DNA of 64,000 nt, taken from NCBI GenBank assembly GCA_965652295.1, contig CBFGTS010000008.1, positions 1-64,000 on the forward strand, given 5' to 3'. The translations under genes were made by a program, and so were the position numbers. Shown here one piece after another: positions 18,215 through 27,423 of this stretch (its first letter is position 1; each line of letters opens with the position of its first letter). The DNA comes from an uncultured Haloferula sp. Lineage in GTDB: Bacteria > Verrucomicrobiota > Verrucomicrobiia > Verrucomicrobiales > Akkermansiaceae. The notes below the pieces were generated by a model, which saw nothing but the letters and a program-made list of their open reading frames with translations, was not told where the DNA came from and did no database searches.

Positions 18215-18369
18215 GGGTGACGGTTGTTTTCCGAGGTCGGACGACGAGGAGACGAGGAGGAAACCGAAACGGGGAGACAGGTTCCTCCATGTCCTCTCCT
18301 CGACGGGGGCTTTGGAATGCCCGACTGGAGTGCTGAGGAATCCGATGGCATTCCTCGCTTGCGAGAAAG

Positions 18370-18585
18370 CTATCCGAGCACGGCCGCGATCCGGGCGGAG
18401 TCGAAATCGAAGGGGGTGAGTTCCACCGCGACTTGCGATCCGGCCTCGATTTCCGGAGGGTCCTGGGAAAGCTCTTTGGAAAGGTGGCCCAGTGAGCGTT
18501 TGCCATTCGGCAGTTCAATTTCAAACAGCCCGGTTTTCACGATGCTCACGACGACAGCCTGGGTCTTGACGGGTTGCTCGAACAC
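18370..18585 (-). CDS. Divergent translation initiation factor IF-1-like protein
   Basis: 71 aa; FEIELPNG..GHLS..G..V.VELTPFDF..ARI follows the IF-1 OB-fold pattern. GTG start. Confidence 0.75.
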   Translation of the reverse strand: MFEQPVKTQAVVVSIVKTGLFEIELPNGKRSLGHLSKELSQDPPEIEAGSQVAVELTPFDFDSARIAAVLG

Positions 18586-18775
18586 GGACCGAGTCGACGG
18601 GATTTCAGGAGTTCGCACAAGATTGTAAGCAAGCATGCGGCTCTGGAGCGCTTCGATCCCGGCGGGGCGGACTCAGGTCTCATTCGAGGTGGCTTGACCT
18701 CGGACGTTCTTGAGCTGAAACTTTGCCCGCGTCGAACGGGACTCCCCGCAAAAACCAATCGATCCAAATCGATCC

Positions 18776-19225
18776 ATGAAACGATTTCTTATGCTACCCG
18801 TGGTCCTTGTGTCCGCGATTCTCGCACCTTCCTGCATCCCTTACGTTGAGGAGCCGCCTGTTCCCGGGCCTGATGTGGCCCGCAACGCTCCTGGCCCGAA
18901 TGACCAGAATCGGGAGCTAACTCCTGCGGAGCGCCAGGCCGAGCGTGAGCGCGAACAGCGGGAAGAGGACCGCCGGGAGGCGGGAGACGAGAGTGGATCC
19001 CGCGACACCACTCCTGAGATCAAGGAGCGCGCCGAAGATCCGGAGCCGCCCGCTCCCGATCCGCAACCCCGGACCCGTGTGGCTCGCGCCGTCCCCGGCA
19101 AGCCGGGCTTCGTTTTCAGCCCTTTCAACAACAAGATCATCGACGTGAAAGGGATCCCGAGCGGAACCCTGGTACAGGATCCCACCTATCCGACCTCGGA
19201 TAAGAAATACTTCCGCGTTCCCTGA
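18776..19225 (+). CDS. Hypothetical Pro-rich lipoprotein
   Basis: Signal ending APS-C, low-complexity linker and a compact C-terminal domain (VPGKPGFVFSPF..IDVKGIPSGTLV.DP). Confidence 0.75.
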   Translation: MKRFLMLPVVLVSAILAPSCIPYVEEPPVPGPDVARNAPGPNDQNRELTPAERQAEREREQREEDRREAGDESGSRDTTPEIKERAEDPEPPAPDPQPRTRVARAVPGKPGFVFSPFNNKIIDVKGIPSGTLVQDPTYPTSDKKYFRVP

Positions 19226-19309
19226 TCCCGGAATTCCCGTGAATTCGAATGGCTGCGGGCCGGGCATGGGATGTCCGGCTCGTTCTTTATCCGGAGCGAG
19301 ACGATTCTG

Positions 19310-20167
19310 ATGGAACGAATAGCGGTGATCGGCGGTGGGTTGCTGGGAGGATCGCTGGCCCTGCGGCTGGCGGGAGTCCGTGACGTTCGCCTTTGGGCAA
19401 GAAGGGCGGAATCCATCGACTTGGCGAAGTCCATGGGCGTGCCTCACGCGACGGATGACTTGGCGAAGGCCATCGAGGGCGCGGATCTCGCCATTCTCAG
19501 TGTCCCCGTCGGGGCCATGCCGGGCCTGGCGGCAAGGATGGTGGATGCGGGGCTGCCTGTCTCCTGCCTGGTGACGGATGTCGGCAGTGTGAAGGCCATG
19601 GTCCACCGCGAGGTCGGGCCGATTTTCTCCGCGGCAGGCGCAAGGTTCATCGGCAGCCATCCGATGGCGGGCGGCGAGGTCCAAGGCATGGAGGCCGCGA
19701 AAGCGGAGCTTTTCGAGGGTGCGATGTGTCTGCTCACCAACGACGGTGGAGTGGAGGAAACGATCGCCCTTCAGCTCGAGGATTTCTGGCGCGGGCTTGG
19801 TTGCCGGACGCAGTGGACTTCGGCCGTGGAGCACGATCACCTGGTTGCGCGCATCAGTCATTTGCCCCACGTGATGGCTGCGGCTACGGCCCGGGTGGCG
19901 CTGGCGGTGCCCTCCGATGCCCGCTACGGCGGTGGCGGCCTGCGGGACACCACCCGGGTGGCCGGAGGTAACCCCGGAATGTGGGCGGAGATTCTGTTGG
20001 AGAACCGGGAGGCGGTGGGCCGCTCGATCGCCGAAGCCCGGGATTTCCTTGGCGAAATACTTGCCAGTCTGGAGTCAGGCGACCATGAAACGGCACTTCG
20101 TTGGCTGACCGAAGCGCGCGAGCTGCACGCCTCCGGCCGCGAAGCGGTCCAACATGAGTGCGGTTGA
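19310..20167 (+). CDS. tyrA: Prephenate/arogenate dehydrogenase
   Basis: GGGLLGGS, TDVGSVK, HPMAG, HD..VARISHLPH and RDTTRVA motifs. Confidence 0.93.
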   Translation: MERIAVIGGGLLGGSLALRLAGVRDVRLWARRAESIDLAKSMGVPHATDDLAKAIEGADLAILSVPVGAMPGLAARMVDAGLPVSCLVTDVGSVKAMVHREVGPIFSAAGARFIGSHPMAGGEVQGMEAAKAELFEGAMCLLTNDGGVEETIALQLEDFWRGLGCRTQWTSAVEHDHLVARISHLPHVMAAATARVALAVPSDARYGGGGLRDTTRVAGGNPGMWAEILLENREAVGRSIAEARDFLGEILASLESGDHETALRWLTEARELHASGREAVQHECG

Positions 20168-21530
20168 TACGATGAGTCGATTCGAGGTGAGCCCCATCCG
20201 GTCCTTCGACGTCACCCTTGAGGTGCCGGGGGACAAAAGCATGTCTCATCGCGCGGCGATGATCGCAGGTCTCGCTGAAGGCACTTCGAGAGTGACCGGC
20301 TTCCTGCCCAGCGAGGACTGCGTGAACACGCTGCAAGCCATGCGCGCCTGCGGCGTCGCCTGCCGCGTGATCGAGGAACTGCCGGGCTTTGGTCCGGTGG
20401 CCATGGAGATCGACGGCCGTGCGATGCGCCTCGCCGCTCCAGAGCGCCCGATCGACTGTGGAAACTCCGGCACCGGCATGCGCCTGCTGGCCGGGCTGTT
20501 CGCCGCCCAACCTTTTGTGACCGAACTTTTCGGTGATGCCTCGCTTTCCTCGCGCCCGATGGGCCGCATCATCCAGCCGCTGGCGGAAATGGGTGCGCGC
20601 ATCGAGGCCCTTGGCGAAAAGGCAGGCTGTGCTCCGCTGCGGATCTCGCCCGCCACGATCCGGCCGACCCGCTACACCTTGCCCATGGCCAGCGCCCAGG
20701 TGAAGAGCGCGATCCTCTTGGCCGGCATGGTCGCGGAGGGCACCACCGAAGTCATCCAGCCGGCGGTCACCCGTGACCACACCGAGCGGATGTTCGAAGC
20801 CTTCGGCGTGAAAGTCCGCACGGAAGGCCTCCACGTGTTTCTCGAGGGTGGCCAAATCCCTCAGGCGCGTGATTTCCACGTGCCGGGAGATATCTCGAGC
20901 GCCGCTTTCTGGGTCGTCGCCGCGGCCGCCCGCCCGGGTGCCCGGTTGCTGATCCGGCGCGTCGGCCTGAACCCGACCCGCACCGCCATCCTCGACGCGA
21001 TCGAGCGCATGGGCGCAACGGTGATCCGCCGTCCGCAGGCCGATGTTCAGGGTGAGCCGTACGGTGACATCGAGATCCATGGCACCCAACTTCGCGGGAC
21101 CGATCTGTTGGCGGAGGAAATCCCGAACCTCATTGATGAAATCCCGGTCATCGCCGTTGCCGCCGCCATGGCTGATGGGACGACCCGCATCCGCAATGCC
21201 AAGGAGCTGCGGGTGAAGGAGACCGATCGAGTGACGACCACCGTCGGCAACCTCAGGGCCATGGGCGTGCAGGTCGAGGAATTCGAAGACGGGATGGAAA
21301 TCACCGGTGGACGGCCATTGAAGGGAGCGGAGATGAAGAGCTACGGCGACCATCGTATTGCCATGGCCTTTGCCGTTGCGGGACTCTTCGCCGAGGGGCC
21401 GAGCACGATCCTCGGGACCGAGTGCGTCCGCACTTCCTATCCGGGCTTCGATCACCATCTGGCCGCTGTTTGCCGCGAGGCGACCGAGGAGTCCGCCTAC
21501 CAGCTTCCCACCCGCGCCCCGCAAGCATGA
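20154..21530 (+). CDS. aroA: 3-phosphoshikimate 1-carboxyvinyltransferase
   Basis: PGDKSMSHR, CGNSGT, ASAQVKSA, RDHTE, RVKETDR and DHRIAM motifs. Confidence 0.97.
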   Translation: MSAVDTMSRFEVSPIRSFDVTLEVPGDKSMSHRAAMIAGLAEGTSRVTGFLPSEDCVNTLQAMRACGVACRVIEELPGFGPVAMEIDGRAMRLAAPERPIDCGNSGTGMRLLAGLFAAQPFVTELFGDASLSSRPMGRIIQPLAEMGARIEALGEKAGCAPLRISPATIRPTRYTLPMASAQVKSAILLAGMVAEGTTEVIQPAVTRDHTERMFEAFGVKVRTEGLHVFLEGGQIPQARDFHVPGDISSAAFWVVAAAARPGARLLIRRVGLNPTRTAILDAIERMGATVIRRPQADVQGEPYGDIEIHGTQLRGTDLLAEEIPNLIDEIPVIAVAAAMADGTTRIRNAKELRVKETDRVTTTVGNLRAMGVQVEEFEDGMEITGGRPLKGAEMKSYGDHRIAMAFAVAGLFAEGPSTILGTECVRTSYPGFDHHLAAVCREATEESAYQLPTRAPQA

Positions 21531-22189
21531 GTCCCCATTTCGCCATCGCCATCGACGGACCCGCCGCGTCCGGGAAAAGCACGATTGCCCGCGAGTTGGC
21601 GAGGCGTCTGGGACTGGTGATGGTGAATTCCGGGGCGATGTATCGCGCGGTGACTTGGAAAATCATCCGGGACGGCATCGATCCCGAGGACGCGATTGCC
21701 GTGACCGAGGCGATGCGGTCCATGAACATCGAATGCGGCGTGGAAGATACCGACTCGACCGTTCGGATCGATGGCGTGGACCCTGGCGACGCCTTGCGGA
21801 GCCGCGAGGTCAACCAGCACGTTTCCCACATCGCCGCCGTGCCGGAAGTCCGGCGGCGGCTCGTCGATCTCCAACGCGGCTACCTTCGCCATTCGGACGT
21901 GGTAATGGAGGGCCGGGATATCGGCAGCGCGGTGTTTCCGGACACGCCGTTCAAGATTTACGTCGATGCCGATCCCGCCGTGCGACAGGGCCGGCGGCAT
22001 GCGATTGGCGAGGCGGATTCCGTTGCTGAGCGGGACCGCAAGGACAGCGAGCGCGAGACCGATCCTCTCAAGATTCCCGATGGAGCCCGCGTGCTGGACA
22101 ATTCCGGTCACACGATCGAATCGGCCGTGGCCGCCACACTCCAAATCCTGCGCGAGCAAGGTTTGGAAATCCCTTCGACACCCTTATGA
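21527..22189 (+). CDS. cmk: Cytidylate kinase
   Basis: IAIDGPAASGKST, GAMYRA, MEGRDIG and RDRKDS motifs. Confidence 0.95.
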   Translation: MSPHFAIAIDGPAASGKSTIARELARRLGLVMVNSGAMYRAVTWKIIRDGIDPEDAIAVTEAMRSMNIECGVEDTDSTVRIDGVDPGDALRSREVNQHVSHIAAVPEVRRRLVDLQRGYLRHSDVVMEGRDIGSAVFPDTPFKIYVDADPAVRQGRRHAIGEADSVAERDRKDSERETDPLKIPDGARVLDNSGHTIESAVAATLQILREQGLEIPSTPL

Positions 22190-22794
22190 TGCGCTGGATT
22201 TATTGGTCGGGCTGGTTGCTTTTCCGCAGCGCGTTCAGGAGTCTCTTCAAGCTCCGGATCCGGCACGCCGAGAGGCTGGTGACCGAGGGTCCGGTGCTCG
22301 TGGTGTCGAATCACGAGAGCTTTCTCGACCCACCGCTGATCGGGACGCTCTATGAGGATGAGATGGTCTTCCTGGCGAGGAAGACGCTTTTCAAGGGAGT
22401 CTTCAAATGGCTCTACGCGCAGTGGAATGCCGTTCCTGTCGATCAGGAGAAGCCGGACATGAGCAGCCTCAAGACGATCATCCGTGAACTGAAGTCCGGC
22501 AATCGGGTGCTGGTGTTTCCAGAAGGAGCCCGGACCCTCGACGGTGCCTTGGGCACCGCGCAGCCGGGCGTGGGACTCATCGCCGCCAAGGCGGGGGTGA
22601 CCATTCAGCCCATCCGCATCCGTGGCGCGCGGGAAGCTCTGCCCCGGGGGAGTGCCTGGATGCGCCTGACCCGGATCGAAGTCACCGTCGGCGAGCCGAT
22701 CGACCTCGCCGCCGAGGGCTTGGCGGGGGGCCGGGACAAGGAGGCCTACCAGAAGATTGCGGATCGCTTGATGGCGGCGATCGCGGCGCTGTGA
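22186..22794 (+). CDS. plsC: 1-acyl-sn-glycerol-3-phosphate acyltransferase
   Basis: SNHESFLDP (HX4D) and FPEGAR motifs. Confidence 0.9.
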   Translation: MMRWIYWSGWLLFRSAFRSLFKLRIRHAERLVTEGPVLVVSNHESFLDPPLIGTLYEDEMVFLARKTLFKGVFKWLYAQWNAVPVDQEKPDMSSLKTIIRELKSGNRVLVFPEGARTLDGALGTAQPGVGLIAAKAGVTIQPIRIRGAREALPRGSAWMRLTRIEVTVGEPIDLAAEGLAGGRDKEAYQKIADRLMAAIAAL

Positions 22795-22957
22795 TCGCGG
22801 CCTGATGTTGTTCTAACACGCTCCCACCTGGGAGCGTCGTGAACATCACCCGATTGTGGCGTCACCCACAACGGTTAGGAGGACGTGTTGGATTTTTGCC
22901 GATAGGAGACGCAACTTGCTTCTCCTTCGGTAGATGGGACTTTTTGCACAACGGGCG

Positions 22958-23773
22958 ATGAGGTTGGCATCTCTCGCCGTCGCTGGCTTTGCCTTGGCGG
23001 GTTGCCGAGGCACGGATGCGAGCGAACGGGTGGCGGAGAATCCGGACGTCGCGCAGGCAAAGGCGAACTCACCGCATCAACGGCTCAGGTCCTTGCTTGC
23101 CGAAGGCTCGCTCTCAGGTACGGCAAAGCTCCTGCGCAGGGAAATCGATGCGGACCGCGAGGGGGTTCTGAGATGGCTGGAGCACCAGCGGGAGCCCGGC
23201 GATACGTTGGGCATGGCGCTCGCCCGCATCGGCGAGCTCGAACTCGCGTTTCGGACCTGCCTTGCTCAGGAAACTGCCGAGGAAGACCTCGATTCGCTCG
23301 TCGGCGCCGCGGCGTCCATCGATCCCGTCCGAACCTGGGAGGCTGCCGTTCGTGAACTCGCTCCGGAGCAGCTTGCGGCCGTTCTCCCACGGTTGGTGGA
23401 ATACGCCGAGGCCTCCCGTCTTCCCGAACTCAGCGGATGCCTGGTTGCCGCCGATCTGAACGAGGCGGTGCGCACGGAGGCCCTCACAAAAGCTCTCGAC
23501 CGCTGGATCGGAAATGATCCCGCGGGAGCTTCCGTGTGGGTCAGCGAACAAGCCCTCTCGAACGAGGTCATCGACCACTTTGCCACCGGGATCGTCTTTG
23601 CCTGTGATTCGGAGAACCGCGACCCCGTCACGGCCAGGCAATGGGCCGAGGTCATCTCCGATGATTCCCTGCGTGAACGGGCGCTTGAGGCCATCGGCCG
23701 GGAGGAGGAGACCGCCGGTTCTTCTCCGGATGACGACGCCTCGGCGAATACCCACATCCACCCCCGACCATGA
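22958..23773 (+). CDS. Hypothetical alpha-helical lipoprotein
   Basis: Lipobox LAG-C; repeated DP..A..W helical motifs. Confidence 0.65.
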   Translation: MRLASLAVAGFALAGCRGTDASERVAENPDVAQAKANSPHQRLRSLLAEGSLSGTAKLLRREIDADREGVLRWLEHQREPGDTLGMALARIGELELAFRTCLAQETAEEDLDSLVGAAASIDPVRTWEAAVRELAPEQLAAVLPRLVEYAEASRLPELSGCLVAADLNEAVRTEALTKALDRWIGNDPAGASVWVSEQALSNEVIDHFATGIVFACDSENRDPVTARQWAEVISDDSLRERALEAIGREEETAGSSPDDDASANTHIHPRP

Positions 23774-23839
23774 CTCTTCCTTGTGCGGAGAAGCCTTTCG
23801 CCGGTCTTTCGAATCGAGGCCGGCGAACTACAAAAAACC

Positions 23840-25498
23840 ATGAAAACACCACATCACATGATCTTTGCCGGAGCCTTGGCTCTTGCATCAGGGATCGGCA
23901 TTGAATCGTCGCAGGCGGCCTTCGGGCTCACCACCACCAGCACTTATTACCAGGTGGATACCGGGGCCGGCTTGGTCTTCAAGGTCCGGCGGACCGACAA
24001 CGGGGTCAGCACCCAATCGGCGGGCGACCTCATGAGCCTCGTCTGGAACGGTACCGAGTTTCAGAATCAATCACGAGGTTCGCAGGTGAATTCCGGATTC
24101 GACTGGCTGTACAACGGGACGTCTTCGGTTTCCGTCTCGGCGTCGGTGGTCAACTCCAACTACATCAAGGTCACAGTCCAGGCCGGCGATCTGACCCACT
24201 ACTACCTGGCTCGTAACGGATACTCGCACATCTACATGGGCACGTATTTCACCAGCGAACCCAGCGTTCATGGCCATGTCCGGTACATCGTCCGTATTCC
24301 ATCGTCGCTCCTGCCCAACGGTCCCGCTCCATCAGACATCCGCAACAACACCGGTGCGATTGAGTCGGGCGATGTCTTCGGACTTGCGAATGGTGAGACC
24401 CGCTCGAAGCACTACTCCAACATGCGCCTGAAGGACTGGTCCTACTTCGGGGCCACCGGTTCCGGTGTCGGCGTCTGGATGGTCCGCGGCAATCAGGAGG
24501 GCGGCTCCGGTGGTCCCTTCTACCGCAGTCTACTCAACCAGTGCGGGTCCGATCAGGAGCTGACCTACATCGTGAACTACGCGCAGGCCCAGACGGAGGC
24601 TTACCGCATGGGTGTCCTCAACGACTACACGCTCGTCTTCACCGGGGGTGGTACGCCGCCCTCGTCGATCGATACCTCGTGGTTCGCCAGCATGGGTCTC
24701 AACGGCTACCTCGCTCCTTCCGGACGTGGACGGGTGGCGGGAGTGGAGATCAACGGCCGCGATACCGCCTACACCTACACGGTCGGTTTCGCCAACACGA
24801 CCGCCCAGCACTGGGTCACTGCGAGGGCCTCGGACGGCTACTACAGTTGCTCCGGAATGCGCCCGGGCACCTACACCATGACGGTCTACAAGAACGAACT
24901 CGGGGTCGATACCCGCACCGTCAATGTCGGCGCCGGAGGCACCACCGTTCTCAACTCGTTCACCGTCGCGAACGACCCGAGCAACGTTTCCCCGATCTGG
25001 CGGATCGGCGATTGGGACGGCAGCCCGGCGGAGTTCCGCAATGGCTCGCAGGTCACCACCATGCATCCGTCCGATGTGAGGCTTGCCAACTGGAACCCCG
25101 GAACCTTCACCATCGGTTCCAGCGGCAACTCCAGCTTTCCCTGCTACCAGTGGAAAGACGTGAACGGCAGCCAGCAGGTCCAGTTCAGCCTCAACGCCTC
25201 CCAGGCATCGTCCAATCGGACTCTCCGTGTCGGGATCACCTGCGCCTATTCCAACGCCCGCCCGCGCGTCACGGTGAACAGCTGGACGTCGTCCATCCCC
25301 GGCATCTCCAGCCAGCCGGGAAGCCGGACCCTCACCACCGGATCCTATCGGGGAAACAACACGACCTATACCTTCACGGTCCCGTCCAGCGCCCTCGTTG
25401 CCGGTACCAACACGCTCTCGGTTTTCCCCGTGTCGGGAAGCGGCTTGTCCGGTTATCTGAGTGCCGGTTACAGCATCGACTGCGTGGACTTCTACTGA
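23840..25498 (+). CDS. Rhamnogalacturonan endolyase, polysaccharide lyase family 4
   Basis: Signal peptide, then AFGLTT..YQVDTG, ETRSK, SGGPF, GRGRVAG, MRPGTYTMTVYKNEL, IWRIGDWDG, MHPSDVR and GSYRGNN, colinear with Aspergillus RGL4 as recalled. Confidence 0.9.
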   Translation: MKTPHHMIFAGALALASGIGIESSQAAFGLTTTSTYYQVDTGAGLVFKVRRTDNGVSTQSAGDLMSLVWNGTEFQNQSRGSQVNSGFDWLYNGTSSVSVSASVVNSNYIKVTVQAGDLTHYYLARNGYSHIYMGTYFTSEPSVHGHVRYIVRIPSSLLPNGPAPSDIRNNTGAIESGDVFGLANGETRSKHYSNMRLKDWSYFGATGSGVGVWMVRGNQEGGSGGPFYRSLLNQCGSDQELTYIVNYAQAQTEAYRMGVLNDYTLVFTGGGTPPSSIDTSWFASMGLNGYLAPSGRGRVAGVEINGRDTAYTYTVGFANTTAQHWVTARASDGYYSCSGMRPGTYTMTVYKNELGVDTRTVNVGAGGTTVLNSFTVANDPSNVSPIWRIGDWDGSPAEFRNGSQVTTMHPSDVRLANWNPGTFTIGSSGNSSFPCYQWKDVNGSQQVQFSLNASQASSNRTLRVGITCAYSNARPRVTVNSWTSSIPGISSQPGSRTLTTGSYRGNNTTYTFTVPSSALVAGTNTLSVFPVSGSGLSGYLSAGYSIDCVDFY

Positions 25499-25575
25499 CG
25501 GTTATGCGGAGAAACGGACCGCCAGTTGCAGTGATCTGTTTCTCCGTCCGTGGGCCAACATCGCCTGATGTTGGC

Positions 25576-26337
25576 TCAACCCAGCTCGAGGGTGACCGGG
25601 CAGTGGTCGGAACCGGTGACGTCGCAGAGGATGCCGGCGCTCTTGAGCGATCCGTGGAGGCCGTGGGAGGCACCGAAGTAGTCGATGCGCCAGCCGACGT
25701 TGCGGGCGCGGGCGCCGCCGCGGAAGCTCCACCAACTGTAAGCCTCGGCCTTGTCCGGATGAAAATGACGGAAGGTGTCGGTGAAGCCGGCGTCGAGCAG
25801 CGCGGTGAATCCGGCGCGCTCCTGATCGGAGAAGCCGGCGCTGAAACGGTTCGCTTTGGGGCGGGCGAGGTCGATCTCCTGATGGGCGACGTTGAGATCG
25901 CCGCAGAAGATGACCGGCTTGCCGGTGGCTTCGAGGCCGAGAAGGTACTCGCGGAAGGCGGTGTCCCAGGTCATGCGATAGGGGAGGCGCTTCAGCTCGT
26001 TCTGGGCATTCGGCGTGTAGACGTTGACGAGCTGGAAGTCCTCGAACTCCAGCGTGAGCACCCGCCCTTCGCGGTCGTGCTCGTCGATGCCGAGGCCCTG
26101 GATGACCTTGAGCGGCTTCTTTCGGGAAAACACGGCGACGCCCGAGTAGCCGGGTTTGACCGCCGAATTCCAGTGGGCGTGGTAGCCGGCGAACTCCAGG
26201 GGTAGCTCGACCTGATCCGGCCGGGCTTTGGTTTCCTGAAGGCAGAGGATGTCGGGCTGATGACGGGTGACGAATTCGGGCAAGCCTTTGTTCAGGCAGG
26301 AGCGGATGCCGTTGACGTTCCAAGAGACGAGTTTCAT
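25576..26337 (-). CDS. xth: Exodeoxyribonuclease III
   Basis: SWNVNGIR, LQETK, GYSGV, GDLNVAH, GWRIDY and SDHCP motifs. Confidence 0.96.
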   Translation of the reverse strand: MKLVSWNVNGIRSCLNKGLPEFVTRHQPDILCLQETKARPDQVELPLEFAGYHAHWNSAVKPGYSGVAVFSRKKPLKVIQGLGIDEHDREGRVLTLEFEDFQLVNVYTPNAQNELKRLPYRMTWDTAFREYLLGLEATGKPVIFCGDLNVAHQEIDLARPKANRFSAGFSDQERAGFTALLDAGFTDTFRHFHPDKAEAYSWWSFRGGARARNVGWRIDYFGASHGLHGSLKSAGILCDVTGSDHCPVTLELG

Positions 26338-26408
26338 GGGTGGACGTGGGGAGGTGCCGAAGTTGTTGGGCGGTGCCGATTTCACCATCGACGCTCCTTT
26401 TGAAACGG

Positions 26409-26444
26409 AAAAAGACCGCGGCCGGTGAGGCGCGCGGTCTTTTT
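26409..26444 (-). terminator. Intrinsic terminator of rplM-rpsI
   Basis: AAAAAGACCGCG...CGCGGTCTTTTT stem with T/A tails, 20 bp past the rpsI stop. Confidence 0.8.
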
Positions 26445-26464
26445 GAAAGGTTTGTCGCGAAGGA

Positions 26465-26869
26465 TCAACGCTTGGAGAACTGGAAGCGCTTGCGGGCACC
26501 GGGGCGGCCGGCTTTTTTCCGCTCCTTCATGCGGGGATCGCGCCGGAGGAAGCCGTGGGGCTTGAGTTCCTTGCGGAGTTCGCCATCGGAAATGGTGAGC
26601 GCGCGGGCGATGCCGAGGCGAATGGCTCCGGCCTGCGACTGCGGGCCGCCGCCTTTGACGACGATATTCGCGTCGAAGCGGTTGGTGGCGCTGACGGTCT
26701 GAAGCGGGGCCAGAACGGTGTTCTGAAGCTGGAGAGTGGGACAGTATTCCTCGAAGGGGCGGCCGTTGATGGTGATGGTGCCGGAGCCTTCGGAGAGGCG
26801 GACGCGGGCGACGGCGGTCTTGCGACGGCCGGTGGCGGCGAGGACGGGAGTGGCTGCTGCTGCGCTCAT
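26465..26869 (-). CDS. rpsI: 30S ribosomal protein S9
   Basis: TGRRKTAVARV, GGG..QAGAIR and RKRFQFSKR motifs. Confidence 0.98.
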   Translation of the reverse strand: MSAAAATPVLAATGRRKTAVARVRLSEGSGTITINGRPFEEYCPTLQLQNTVLAPLQTVSATNRFDANIVVKGGGPQSQAGAIRLGIARALTISDGELRKELKPHGFLRRDPRMKERKKAGRPGARKRFQFSKR

Positions 26870-26897
26870 GTGAAATTCAAATGTTCGGATTCAGGGC

Positions 26898-27329
26898 TCA
26901 GGCGACCTCGTAGACTTCCGGCTGCTGGGCTTCGTGAGGATGGGTGTTGGCGGCGTAAACCTTGAGCTTGCCGAACTGGGCGCGGCCGAGGCGGTTCTTT
27001 GGAATCATGCCCCAGACGGCGCGCTCGACGAGCAGGACCGGGCGGCGCTTGCGCACCATGCGCGGGGTTTCGACCTTTTGGCCGCCGACGTAGCCGGTGA
27101 AGCGGGTGTAGATCTTCTCGCGCTCCTTGTTGCCGGTGAGGCGGACTTTGTCGGCATTGATCACGATCACGAAGTCGCCGGTGTCGATGTGCGGGGTGAA
27201 AATGGCCTTGTGCTTGCCGCGCAGGAGGCGGGCGGCCTCGACGGCCACTTGGCCGAGCACTTTGTTTTCGGCGTCGATCACATACCACTTGCGTTCGACG
27301 TCGGTCGGTTTGGCGGAAAAGGTCTTCAT
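26898..27329 (-). CDS. rplM: 50S ribosomal protein L13
   Basis: [23 protein letters not shown] and HPHEAQQP motifs. Confidence 0.98.
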   Translation of the reverse strand: MKTFSAKPTDVERKWYVIDAENKVLGQVAVEAARLLRGKHKAIFTPHIDTGDFVIVINADKVRLTGNKEREKIYTRFTGYVGGQKVETPRMVRKRRPVLLVERAVWGMIPKNRLGRAQFGKLKVYAANTHPHEAQQPEVYEVA

Positions 27330-27394
27330 GTCGTTGGCGTAGTCTTCCGCGGATTCGTTTTGGCTGCGCGAGCCCCCGGTGCGGAAGGGCGGGC

Positions 27395-27423
27395 AAGCTA
27401 TGGAGCGGGTTCCGGGGTGTCAA
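27395..27423 (-). promoter_or_regulatory. Sigma70 promoter of rplM-rpsI, TTGACA-N17-TAGCTT
   Basis: Perfect -35 and a 17-bp spacer, 65 bp upstream of rplM. Confidence 0.8.

Noticed and set aside
18757..18776. 10-bp tandem repeat AATCGATCCA x2 before the lipoprotein ATG
   Set aside because: Two copies only; best explained as part of the A/C-rich leader.
22804..22846. Hairpin ACGCTCCCA-CC-TGGGAGCGT after plsC
   Set aside because: It is a real inverted repeat but has no U tail and no U-GGG-U loop, so it was not called as a terminator or as a member of the hairpin family.
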